Assembly: GCA_051294905.1 (NCBI GenBank) | Contig: CM119371.1 | Span: 17,362,001-17,426,000, forward strand | Reading direction: 5' to 3' | Length of the DNA: 64,000 nucleotides | Origin: Botryllus schlosseri | Taxonomy: Eukaryota | Part shown: piece after piece, positions 1-12,500 of the stretch | How the letters are laid out: each line of letters starts with the position of its first letter | How positions within the stretch are numbered: position 1 is the first letter of the stretch | Translations under genes and position numbers: made by a program | Notes under the pieces: model-generated | The model's input: only the letters and a program-made list of their open reading frames with translations | What the model was told of the DNA's origin: nothing | Database searches by the model: none

Positions 1-100
1 TTCGCCCCTTATCGCTCCCTTCGTCCGTTTTCGCCCCCCTATCGCCCCTTCGTTATTTTCGCGCCCCAGACCGCCAAATCGCCCCCGCTGGGAACCACTG
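1..100. mobile_element. Right end of a hAT (Charlie-type) MITE, cut by the window edge
   Basis: Ends in GGGAACCACTG, the reverse complement of the CAGTGGTTCCC TIR seen at 56542; repeated TCGCCCC subterminal motifs. Confidence 0.6.
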
Positions 101-358
101 GGGTAGACTATACGATAAGTTCGTTTGCGATCGCAACTTCTGCTTTATCGAGGTTCGCATGCGAACTAGAACGTGAAGCGAACGTCCGTACCGTCGCTAA
201 TATGTTAATTTCCATTTTCTGCAATACGGGAAAAAATATTCCGTATCATTTTTGCGGAATATTACAAATGTTGCGTTGAAGCCACAAATATATAGAAATA
301 TTAAGCAATAAATTGTGCGTCCGGGAAAAAATGAACAAGTCGATCACTCTGTGTCCAG

Positions 359-1525
359 ATAAGTGTGCAGTTGAATGGAATGGTATCTGCTTCTTTGCCT
401 TATTCTATCATCCCGGCAAACTTACTCACGAGGCCGCAAGATTAGCCTGCAAAAAACGAGGGGCCGAGCTCGGCAACATTCATGCAGAGGATCAATTCTA
501 CGATATTATGGAATATCTGAGACCGTATATCGCATCCAGAGCTGATGGAGTAACCAGTTACGGTATCACAACTGGTATGAGATACGAGCCCAAGGTATGT
601 CAAATATTTTTTTAATCACATATACCTGTATATCCATGTTTTGCAATGGAATAGCAGAAAAGGCAGTGCAAGCATGGGCAAATATTCCAATTACGACAAA
701 TCGCGCGAAAATTGACCCACATATATAAAGTAATCTCGAATACTACCAGCGTATTGACACACCATATGGGCCATTGAAATAGTAGGTGGAAACACAAGAT
801 CATATTAGCATTGGAATTTAAACATCATCCGGCATGTTTGGAAAATAACATTACATCAGGCATATCACTTTCTCCCGTGTAACCGGATCCTGATCAGGAC
901 AGTATTCGAAACTTCCGATTCATTCCAGTAATGTGAATTTACAAATTAACCGTTACCCTATCGTTTTCTTCAGATTACCACTCTTTTACACCGTTTTTTC
1001 ATGGAGATGTCATAAAATGGCCACATAATATGGAATGCAATTGTTGATGAGGCAAACTCTCCCTCTCTTTCTGACTCTCTCTCTCCCTCTCTCTCCCTCT
1101 CTCTTAAAACAAACCAGTTTTCCTACATGCTGATATCTATTTATAAAAAATCTTCTGGAGGCACAGAACTTCAATATACAATTGAATGGTATATTCATAT
1201 TGAATATACTACTTTATAGAGTAGAAACAAATGGTATAGCGAATCAAACGATCGTGGGGAAGTTTGTTTCGCAAAATGTATTTACGACGACTTGCCATAC
1301 AAATCATAACGCACCTTCATTTTTAATTTCCAGTCCCAGATCCTTTATTTGTCCGATGGCACCAAGGCGCCATACGTACATTGGATGTCGGGGCATCCTC
1401 CGACAGGATCGGACTATACTATCGTAGCACTCTCCGTGAAACCCGAAAGATCGCAGAATTATGGGATGTTTACCGCGAAAGCTTCGAACGCAAGATACGC
1501 GGCTCTGTGCGAAATAAATATTTAG
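359..1525 (+). CDS. C-type lectin-like gene 1, 5'-partial (exon 2 359-594, exon 3 1334-1525; exon 1 lies before the window)
   Basis: AG/GT splice sites; exon lengths (236 and 192 bp) identical to the three paralogs; KCAVEWNGICFF..ACKKRGAELGNI..TGMRYEPK / SQILYLSDGTKAPYVHW..ALCEINI*; AATAAA at 1567-1572. Confidence 0.88.
1057..1104. repeat. Imperfect (CT)n microsatellite in an intron
   Basis: Direct reading. Confidence 0.8.
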
Positions 1526-2340
1526 AATGCAAGCAATCTTACAAATGAACGGAAATACATATACGGAATAAATCGACCGTTATATTACTCAGACTGAAAC
1601 GATGCATATACAATGCTATATGCAGGCGTCACTCACGGACGCGGATCAGGATGCAGGTTAGGGTTATGACTTGACAAAAAATTCAAAATTTTGTATGTTC
1701 TGTAGTCGGAAATGATGAACTTTTTTTCCTGATTTAAAAACTCTCAAAAGGTAAAACTGTCCTGCAGCGATAAGTGTCTTAAATCTAATCGGAATTATAA
1801 TAAGTCCATTCTAGCTGTCCCTCGCACTAACATAATTGCAGGAAGGTAAGTGAAATTGTTGAAAAAACTTTAATAGAAATAGAAAAGCACAAATATTATA
1901 ATAATATAATATAAATTTGTTACAAAGAATGACTTTTGATTTGTTAATTGTTTTACATTTGGACCAATGTCGAAAATTGAATTTAGTTGGTGTGGGACAT
2001 TCTTTTTCGATTTGAACAAAATAATAATAATTTTCATAAATTATACAAAAATCTTCATTGATTCCTGCTGCAGGCGAAATTTATATTCAAGTCATAACCC
2101 TAATGTAGGTACTGTGGCGTTGCCAAGGTTCAAAAAGTTCTTATTCAAATTTAATTAAGTATAAACAACCCATCTGTGATACCAGAATATTCATCCGCGC
2201 AAAACGCAAAATGTAGGGTCCTATAGAAAAGACGCAATATAATCGACGTCATACAGGAGAACGTAGGAAAGTCAACGTGCGACTAACTAATCGCCCATTC
2301 TAATTAATTTACTGGTATTTTTCAATTTAATTTCTGTGAC

Positions 2341-3118
2341 ATTATTATTATTATTTATTCTTTATTCACAGTAAAACTGGTAGATACACACATAATCCGG
2401 GGAGCAACCTGCCCCCAAAGGAAAATGGCGAGATTGGAGTAAATTTTTAAAATTTCAGTAATACATTCAAATTGTTATTCCTATGCAATACACGGAGAAG
2501 TCAGATTACAGAATTGCAGCAGATGAAGAATTGGCAAGGGTTACAGAGCAGAGGTAGAGATGATTGAAGATGAAGAATCGAAATTACAGAAATTATGCTG
2601 TGATTCACAAGCGTAATTTTAGTCCAGTGGTGCATTCAAGGCCTTCTGAAGAATGTGCACAGTGCCCAATAATGTGATCTTTTGGATCATGTCGAATCGA
2701 ACGTTACCCGGAATTTGTTGGATATGTCTCATGAGTTTTTTGCTCACGACCCCCGTAGCACCAATGACTATCGGTACAATGTTTATTTTGCATCGCCACA
2801 TTTTCTCACATTCCATTTTGAGGTCTGCGTATTTGGAGTATTTTTCTGATTCTTTTTGCAGTAGGTTGTGATCAGCTGGGACAGCCAGTTCAATGAATAA
2901 GCATTCTCTTTTCTTTTTTAGTTTGACGATTATATCCGGGCGGTTGCTCCTGATTTCGCGGTCAGTTATAACTGGTACATCCCACAGAATTTTTACTTGT
3001 TCGTTTTCTGTCACTGGTGCTGGGCTGTAATCGTACCAATTTTTTGTCGAAGTGGTGATGTTAAAATGTTTGCATAATTCAAGATGAATGTAGTGACCAA
3101 TCCTATTGTGTCTCCATG
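2341..3118 (-). mobile_element. 5'-truncated non-LTR retrotransposon with a restriction-like endonuclease (R4/Dong- or NeSL-like)
   Basis: ORF 2619-3146 has RHN..IH..LC, ILWD..TD...NRPDII, IELAVP and KESEK.SKY.DL motifs of the RLE domain; (TAA)n on both sides. Confidence 0.8.
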
Positions 3119-6100
3119 TTATTATTATTATTATGTATAAAAACATTTAGTGGTGCTTTTCGCATCGAAGGCTTTTTGCACCACGGCGATTTAGACATTT
3201 TGATCAAAATGATAGCATGAAATGTCATGAAAATACAAGATGAGTTCGTAGCTAAATGCGACGCTTTGACTCTCGTATGAAGTCCAGTAGATCGGCAATA
3301 ATGTTGCTGTCCGTTAAAAGGTTATATAGCTGGAAAGGTACGTTCTTGGTCTGCGCGATACGTTGTAGCTTTCTTCTTATCTCAGTCAGATGTGAGCAGG
3401 TCATAATATAATGTTCGACTGTTTCCAATTCGCCGCAATGCTCGCACAATGGTGATTCCGAGCAGCCAATGTGGTGGAGATGTGCATTGAGTCCACAATG
3501 ACCGGTGCGTAGTCGAAACAACGTAGCTTCGCTGCGTCTTGGTGGGACTGATGGTAATTTCACCTCCAGATTTGGTCGGAAGATTTTGTAATGGCTTCCT
3601 GTTTCTGAATCGAGATATTCCCGGTTCCAAATAGCTTTGCATTTATGTAAAGCGATTTTCTTTGTATCGTCTATAGGGGTGTCATGAATTGTGATGGCAC
3701 GGTGTGACGATGTCGCCTCCTTGGCCAGACGATCGGCTACTTCATTGCCGGGAATTCCAGCGTGGCCCGGAATCCATATGAGCGTGATTGATTTTCCTTC
3801 ACTCGTCAGCCTGTTGAGAACATTAACGATAAAAGGCCCATCTGTTCGATAATTGGCTATACAGTCCAGCGCACTGAGGCAATCGTTGAGAACAACAGCT
3901 CGGCTAACGTTATTCGTTTCGATCCAATGAAGAGCGGATAATATGGCATATGATTCTACTGAGAATGACGACAGAGCTCCTTGGCATTTGTGGGATATTG
4001 TTATATTCCGATCCTTTACGAATATCGCATAACCAGTGGCATCTGTGGTCTTCGATCCATCTGTGAAAACATGTAAATGGTTTGGGTATGAGCCCATTAG
4101 TTCAGTATAGGCTACGTCCACAATGTATCGGAATGAGTGTCGATTGATAATTCGTGATAATGACAAATCAACCTGTAAATCACCGATTGTCCAAGGCGCT
4201 GCTCGAACGAGTTCCTAGCCGTGAATACACTGGTCGTCGAGTGGGTTCGATCTTGTTAAGAAGTTGAACGTACAATATCTGTTTCTCAATAGGCAGTATG
4301 TGTCTTCCCACGATGTCTGGAGTAACTCAGAGTTTGGGTGATTCGACTTAGTTAAAGTTTCATATCGGTATTTCAAACAAAGAAACATGTGTCTTATGTG
4401 TATTGGCATCTCGTTGCACGACGCTTCTATCGAACATATCGGAGTGCTTTTCATCGCACCACAGCACACCCGTAATGCCTTATTAGTGATTACCGTGATT
4501 TTCTTCAGGTACGTCACAGGCGCGAAGAAATACGCCTACATTCCATAATCAATCACGGATTTTACTAGAGTTCTGTATAAAGTTAGAACTACATGTTTCG
4601 AAGCCCCCCATTTCGCTCCAGACATCAGTTTCAGGAAATTTATCCGTTTTTCGCACTTTTGAGCTATGTAATCAATATGATACTTACAGTTTAGTCTTTT
4701 GTCAAATATTATTCCAAGGTATTTGTAAGTATCCGCAAAAGTTATCACGTGATCTCCCATACGTAGATTGGGGAGAATTACTTCCCGTTTCCGGGTGAAA
4801 AGCATTGCCACAGTTTTTTGACTTGCGATTTCAAATCCCCAATTCCTACACCATTGGTGTACTGATTCTAGAGCAGGGGTTCTCAAAGGGTGGGCCATGG
4901 CCCACTGGTGGGCCACAGAGCATTTTGAGGGGGGCCACAGAGCTATTTAGAAAATTTCTGAATTAATGTAAGTTTAGTTATATTTTATATGTTATTCGCT
5001 AAAAATATATTCGTATTATCTAATTATACGTTGGCTACATAGCTACAAAGATTTCATCCGACTCTGATTATATGTAGTGGCACGTATGAAGTCAGCATGT
5101 ACAAATCGAAAACGTTAGGGAGAAACGGTGGCTTTTTCTACTGGCTATGACAACCTGCGGTTAACAGCAACTAAAATAATTTCAAGCGTATAATAACTGG
5201 AAGATAATGCTGAAGTAACCAAGTATTACGGCAGCGTCATATGCCGTATGCTGTTGAAAGGGGTATGCAATGAACTCGCAATGAAGTAAAATTGATGTAC
5301 AGATTTACTGTACTTCGGCAGGCCGTATTATTGTAAGCTAAATTAGCCATAATTGCAAACTATTAGCAACTTCTGGCGAAGGTATACCGCACCACCTCGA
5401 CAAATCTTAATGGATCGAGGATTTATCGGAGCGTATTAATCGTTGAAGTCGGTTTAAAATGTCCGGCCTGGAAATCATTGTACATAATGAAAGAGTCACA
5501 GGAATTGATTGTATCATTGGCTTGAATATTCTGACATCGCAACTTCAGTTGTTTTGGTACAAGGCATACAAAGTACATAATGCATATTGAAAAATCTTTC
5601 TTCACTTCTCTGTAGTACCCCATCCACCAATGAATTGTTCGATGCTGTCCCAGAACGATTATAATATTCCCCACAATAGTATTACTAAAGTCCCAATCAC
5701 AAAGTGCGGGATGGGACGTTGATGGGACGCGGATGGGACGCGAATCGCGAGCAGCGGACGAAAATAATCTACTGAGGAGCTATAGCTTATAATCTACCAG
5801 GGCCGTAACTACCGCACCCACACCCCCAATTGCGGAACTCGAAGGGGCGCAAGATTATGTCGTTGGTCGTTTGTTGGAGGATATTTATTCAACTTGGATT
5901 TTTTTTTCGCGCTTCTCGCGATGTCATATCCTGGGAAATCGAGATTTAAATATCATCAGTTAGAGAATAATGCGCATATTTGAGAGAAATAGGCATATCG
6001 GCGCTGTCCATGACCACGCATTAAACAGGATTATGACTTTAAGATATCAGGTGGGCCACAGCACATTTTTAAACCGGGAAATGGGCCACGGCCAAGAAAG

Positions 6101-7432
6101 GGCTGAGAACCCCTGTTCTAGAGATACCTGTATCTCAGAAGCGATAGCTTCAATGTTCAGGTCACTTTGCCATAATGCAATGTCGTCGGCGTATAATCGG
6201 CAGTGTGAAGTCAGTGGCGGGGAGGTCGTTAATCATTACCGCGAAGAGTAAAGTACTGAGGACGCTTCCCTGGGCGATTCCGTTTTCCGTAATAAACGAT
6301 TCTGATAGTGTAGTACCGAGCCTTACGTGAAACGACCTGTCAGTGAGAAACTGGTTCAACCAATTCAAGATCTTACCTCGGACTCCTAATAGAAAAAGTT
6401 TGTGAATAACTGCTTGTCGCCAAACCGTGTCGTAGGCTTTCTTAATGTCGATGAACACTGCGATTGTGGAACGTCCGTTGTGAATTGCTTTGTAGACTTC
6501 ATCATGCAGAGCGAGTACATGATCGAGACACCTCCGACCACGTCGAAATCCACATTGAGAGGTATGAAGTAAATCGTTGGTTTCCAAAAACCAAGATAGA
6601 CGATGAGCGATCATAGATTCCATGACTTTACTGAAATGACTCGTTAGGGCGATTGGGCGGTATGAATTTGTAAGGGATGGGTCTTTATTTCCCTTCAATA
6701 TAGGAACAACTGTGGATTGTTTCAAGTCCGAGGGACTTGTCCAGAGTTCCAAGACTGGTTTATAATGTCTAACATGCCTGTCAAGCCAGATGTCGGCAAG
6801 TGCTTAAACATAGTATAGTTGATCATATCATTGCCAGGAGAATAGCTTTTTTTGGATTTGATGGCTTTAGTTAACTCATTTATCGTGAAAGGACAGTCTA
6901 ATTGGTGGTTGCTATTGTCGTTGATTAAATGTCCAATGGTTAGCTGTTGTCTCCTAAGTCTGAGTTCCTCTGAAAGTTGAGAGTTACTACTAACGCTTTC
7001 GAAAGCTTGGGCTATTGCATCTACTTTTTCCTTCTCTGACTTTACAGTACTTGTACCCACCTGTAGATCAGGGATTGCACCAGTTGTTCGTTTTCCGGAT
7101 ATGGATCGTGCAATATTCCAGACCTGCCGGAGGTTCGCCTTATTGCCGAGTGATTCACAGAACGCTTTCCATGATGACTTTTTTGCTTTCAATATTGTTC
7201 TCCGACAGAGTGAGCGAAGACGTTTGAACTCAATAATATGTTTGACGCCGAAAGTACGTTTCATCTTGAGGAAAGCAGCTTTCTTCCATCTGACGGCCCG
7301 ATCGCATTCTTCATTCCACCAGGGAACTGGGTTCTTTTTATGATTACGTTTCATTGGTATAGATATACTAGCCGCCTGGAATATTTTCTGTGTTAAGTTA
7401 TCACAAGCCTCATTAATGTTCGCCGACTTATA
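3119..7432 (-). mobile_element. 5'-truncated, frameshifted LINE with RT, RNase H and C-terminal zinc knuckle (I-group-like)
   Basis: PWWNEEC, YRPIALTS, QCGFR, DIKKAYD, QGSVLS, LYADD (about 6182-6196), KYLG; RNase H FTDGSK..WIPGH.GI.GNE.AD; CEHC..ETVEH..C; (TAA)n tail at 3119-3134; host paralogous sequence resumes near 7433. Confidence 0.92.
4874..6115. mobile_element. Non-autonomous hAT element inserted in the LINE RT
   Basis: TIR CAGGGGTTCTCA / TGAGAACCCCTG; perfect 8-bp TSD TTCTAGAG (4866-4873, 6116-6123). Confidence 0.92.
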
Positions 7433-9555
7433 TGCAGTGTGAAGTTGAGCCGAGCCAAAAATCGGCAGCACACTACAAGATGATACAGACGAACTAAAAA
7501 CGAGCTTGAACGATGATGGGAGAGCGCTAGCGTGGTAGTCGTCCGTAATATGACAAAAAGACCGCAAAAGACTCTGATCTTGCTGAAATGACCATGCTTG
7601 CGCCAATGTTTTGGATATAACAAGAACAAGCATACGTCTAACTTGATAAATAAAGTCGTTGTAGGAAATATTGGCTGCGTGTTATAAGTATGAAAACCAA
7701 ACAATGTCATAATCTAAATTTACTTTTCTTTCATCCTTACCAACTGAAAGTAGCTTGTAAAAGTTTGTCGAATGTTCCCTACTACTAGACATAGTGGGGT
7801 AGAATTCGGCGATAGCCATTGGGGGTGGTATCTGCAAGCGTGGAACGATCTGGCAGTCACTAATCTTGGTATTGGAGATGAGATGCAGTGGAATGAGGCG
7901 GTGGGCATGGTAGTTACTATGATGATTGAAATCATAGCAGTATAAGACTCTCAACGCCGCATTTCCTTTCCGCATATAAAGTCAAGAGTTTTATATCGTA
8001 ATCGGACTACAGTCGTGATCATATATATTGCACTTGATCATCTCCATTTCAGACGCGTCCCTCAAAACTATATCTAGTGCATTTCCATTTATTGATTCCG
8101 CAACAAATTATAACTCCCATCAACTTCCGTCGATGACCATCCATTTTTTAATCGTGGCATATCGTATTCTCAAAATCCAAAGTGTCAAAGCGCGCAACGC
8201 TACTAGTTAAAGAAAGAAGCTTTTGCAGGTAAAAATTTTGGATTCGCCAAAATAGCCTTGTCGATGGGTAAACGGAGATGTAGTGATGACTAAATCTAAT
8301 AATTTTTCTTCTACAGATAGGAATTGCGTAAAATTTGTTTTTTATCAGTTTTTAGACAACTCCACAATTTTATGGGGTTAACAGTAAAGTCTAACAAATT
8401 ATTTTATAGTAAATTGAAAGTTTCAAACTCTTGTGCGTCCACATCTACCTTGAAATTGAGCCAAATTTGTTGTGCAGCATTTTTAGGTAACCTAACAATC
8501 CATACAGTGAGTTCCCGGAATCCGGAGAAACGTTATTTTTGAACAATCCTACTGTGGGGGCATTGTCCGCAATCATTTGCAGCATGTGAAGAGACAGGCA
8601 TGTGACATGGTGTAATCGTGCTTTAACATAATTATTAGCTACCCGCTTGTACATGCAGTCGCATTGATGAAGAGCTACGGGTACGGATTCAAAAACCTAT
8701 AGTACAGTTCGGATATTATCAATTTAGGATGCTCTTGAATTATAGCATCAACCATCTAATATTTCTTGATCGATGGTGGGATATAGGCGATTCCATTGAC
8801 AAAATTCGTTTGTTCTTCGAAAGTATAGATAAATTGGATTAGCATAGAGCCATATACAAACATTACTCAATTGCGGTCCACTTATGATGAAATAAAACTG
8901 GTATCGCAATAGGGGGCAACATTGGGCGTGCATCGATCTCAAACATTCTCTTGAACCATCCAATTCACTATACTTCGGTCTATTATGATTCGTGTGATAG
9001 GTAGAAACGATGCCTGCACCACACATTGTTGCGTGAACGAATACCAGACAACATTACACTCTCAATTTACTTAATCGTCATCATTCCAAACTGAAAGTAG
9101 CCTGTAAATATTTGTCAAATGTTTGCTACCGTGGGATAGAGTCCGATTATTGCTATAACCATAGCATAGATAGACAGTAGTAGCTTGAAGTCTGAAAATA
9201 ATCTAACGCTCCATTATTTCAGTATTGAAGACAAGGTAGGACACATGTAAGCGAGTCAAGTGTCTGTTGATTTACTAAACGATTGCGAACGCCACGCGAG
9301 CTATAATCGGGATATCCTTTTATTCAGGGTTTACGAAGCCTAGAAAGCGTGAACTCGCAATGACGTTCCGGTAAAATATCATTGCTGAATAATTGCACTG
9401 AAGCAATGTGACCCGTCGTCTAATATATTGATTTCAAACAAGAACAGATATATACATCTGCTGGGGCATTCTTATCATTGCATATAGCACAGGCTACATC
9501 ATCATCTGAAATAAAACATGTTGAATTCAGAAAAACGTAGCAAGTACCAGTTACT
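7433..9555. repeat. Duplicated upstream block of the lectin repeat unit
   Basis: Colinear with about 40480-42336 and 62650-64000; partial diverged matches near 30480-30570 and 31880-32030. Confidence 0.85.
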
Positions 9556-12500
9556 ATGAATACGTTCTTGTGGTTTATTACTGGAGTTATATTATTCGCG
9601 AATTCAATTACCGCGTTGCCCCACGATGGTAATCAATTTCCCACCACCGAAGAGGTCATAGAGAGACTTTCTGAGTTGGAGCAGAGACTCTCCGATTTGG
9701 AATACCGCCTGAATTTGAAGATACTACAACACACAGGTAATCGTTTTAAGTCTTCACAACTTTAATAATTGTGTGTTTTCTTTCTTTCATCCATGAAATT
9801 CCATGTTTTCGAGATTATAATAATATTCATAGTCAACAGCTCTAATATTCGATCTATGCACGATACGATGCAGACGACACAATGCGATGTAACGACCAGA
9901 TAGGGGGATATCGAAACTACCAAGTACAGTCTCGCAATCTTACAACCACCTCGGTCTAATTCCCGATCTTTCATACCTTCTCTTTTTTGTATTAATAATA
10001 TTACTATTAATACGGTAAAAGTAGTAGTGGCGCTTATCTCTCATAAGGGCCTGGTGAGCCTCGATCCGTAATCATCTTCTGGTATAAGTTACTTCGAAAT
10101 ATAAGTCATCTTCGGCTATATACGGATCAAAAATTAAAGGAGTCTGTGAGATGATATCACGAATTCGTCCACAGGGTCTTCTTCATATGTAAGATTGCTG
10201 TATTTACTGATTCCTTTCATTTACTTTCCCTAGTCATTTTTCACCGGGTACTACTGTGACGTAAGAGGAGTAGGTAGGGCTGTGTTTAAAACAAAAATCA
10301 ATTTAAAATTGACTTGTTTGAGTCATGTGCTTTGATGTTTTTTCTTTTTTTTCCTATGCAATAACGACGCGCATATTCAATTGCGACGTCATAATGGATT
10401 GATATCCACAATTTAAAATATAGGGTAAATATAGGCCCGTTGACGAAATAGGCTTTCAATCTCTGTCACGATCATAAAATAGCTTTAACCAGGCTTGGGC
10501 TTCATCGTCTTGCAGCATTTTTACGGTCAGTGGTCATCATTATCAGAACATTTACTTCGTACCAATGATCTCTATTTACGAAAAGTAGTGAGGAGAAGCA
10601 ATTTTGTTGCACCCGGTCATATTGCAAAACGCCATCCCAGTTACTAAGCACATTTCACACCCGAAGGGTAAATTGTCCAAAAGTGATATCTGCTGGATAT
10701 GAACTAAGTTTGGTTGAGTATAATTTCACGGCGATCACCACTAGACTATCGCAAAGATTTGACGCTGCAAGCTGTTTTGAGAATATCAGTGCCGACCGAT
10801 TCACACATTCATATTTCGCGAATGCGACATGACAATAATAATTCATACGCTTTGGAGTAATAACTGAGTAATAAGGTCTTTCAAATTCTGCGTGAATCTC
10901 GCACGATCAAGTATTTAGTATGTTCGCTTTTTGTTTATGTATGTATATGTATATTGGCGATTGTGGTGCTTATAACTAGAGCCCGATCGATTATCGGTTC
11001 GCCGATAATATCGAGTCGATATCACACTGAGAAATAATTATTGGTATCGGTCATTGATGGTGAAAAAGTATCGGCAATATTTGTGACGTCACAACATGGT
11101 GGTAGTAAGTCAGAAACCTACAATCCTTGACCTCTAGACTGGTAAGATTGCTGTATTTCATATAGCTTCCACTTTCAAGGTGTCCAGATGCAGCCTTCCT
11201 AGTTTATTTCATGTTCGAATATGACAATGGCTGTAAAGCTGTTGATATGAATGCTCTGCAGTTTTGAAAATGCGCTTTTGAGGTAGATTCTACCTTATTT
11301 GATTATCGGCTGAATATATCGGTGTTATCGGTGAAGGTGTTAGATATTGGTTTTATCGGTATCGGCCCAAAAATCCGATATCGCTCGGGCTCCACTTATA
11401 ACAGCTACGGCTTTGTGCACCAGACCAAGGTGTTATAGGAATGTACACATAGGAATGCATTATAGTTGCCTCTTGGTTAGGAAATCAATCACTGGTAAAG
11501 TGGTGTAGTCGTAAGTAGTAGTATAGATCGCTCTGGGGGTGGCAGGGGTTCTTATGGGCGGGGTGGCATGCTAACGAGAAACCGGGGGTGGCATGCTAAC
11601 GTTTTCGTCTTATGGCGGGGGTGGCATGCTAACGTTTTCGTCTTATGGTGGGGGTGGCATGCTAACGTTTTCGTCTTATGGCGGGGGTGTCATGCTAACG
11701 TTTTCGTCTTATGGGTGCGGTCGCATGATAACGCGAAACTCGTGGTGACATGCTAACGTTTTCGTCTTATGGGTGCAGTCGCATGATAACGCGAAACTCG
11801 TGGTGACATGCTAATGTTTTTGGTATACGTGCGGCGACATGCTAACGACGATAAATGTGTCTGTCGTGTATTCTTACGGTATCTGTGGTGATTCACCATG
11901 TGTTCTTATGGGTGCGGTCGTGATTCGCACTTTCAGACATCTCTCGCGTGGTGTTGAATATGTACGAGTCACCAACAATAACCGCGCGGACGGAAACGTG
12001 GCTTGTTGCGAGGATTAAGCAGTGCGACCTATATTTCGAATGACCTGTGCGCTGAATTGTTGTCCGTACAGTTTTGTGCTACTATCGTATCGATTATTAC
12101 ACTAATCCAGTCGGTGCTATTACATTCAGCAGTATTCAGTATTCAGCAGCGACACGAAAAGCGAGCAACAAATAACCGCGCTCGTAAATTAACACTTCAA
12201 AAAGTGTAAAATAGATTGCAAATCCCGCGATCGCTAACAAGATAATGTCTCGAACATAACCATTTTTTAGTGACTTGGTGTTAAAGACATACCGATCGCT
12301 CACAAGGTAATATTGTCACAATAAGTTTGTCACAGAACCGGCGCAGACGGTGAGTCGTAAACCAACAATTTGACACTTTCTGGTGGTCGCTATATGTTTT
12401 GACACTTCGAACAGCGGCTGACTTTAGTTGCGCGATAAGAATTATGAGAATATTCAATCAATGTATCAATTTGCCAACTCGAAATGAAACTTACTACACA

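Noticed and set aside
7433..7633. N-terminal part of ORF 6722-7633 as LINE protein
   Set aside because: Host repeat-unit DNA (paralog near 40480) that happens to be in frame with the truncated LINE.
11560..11815. 33-bp repeats as a CRISPR array
   Set aside because: Units are contiguous with no unique spacers, no cas genes, eukaryotic context.
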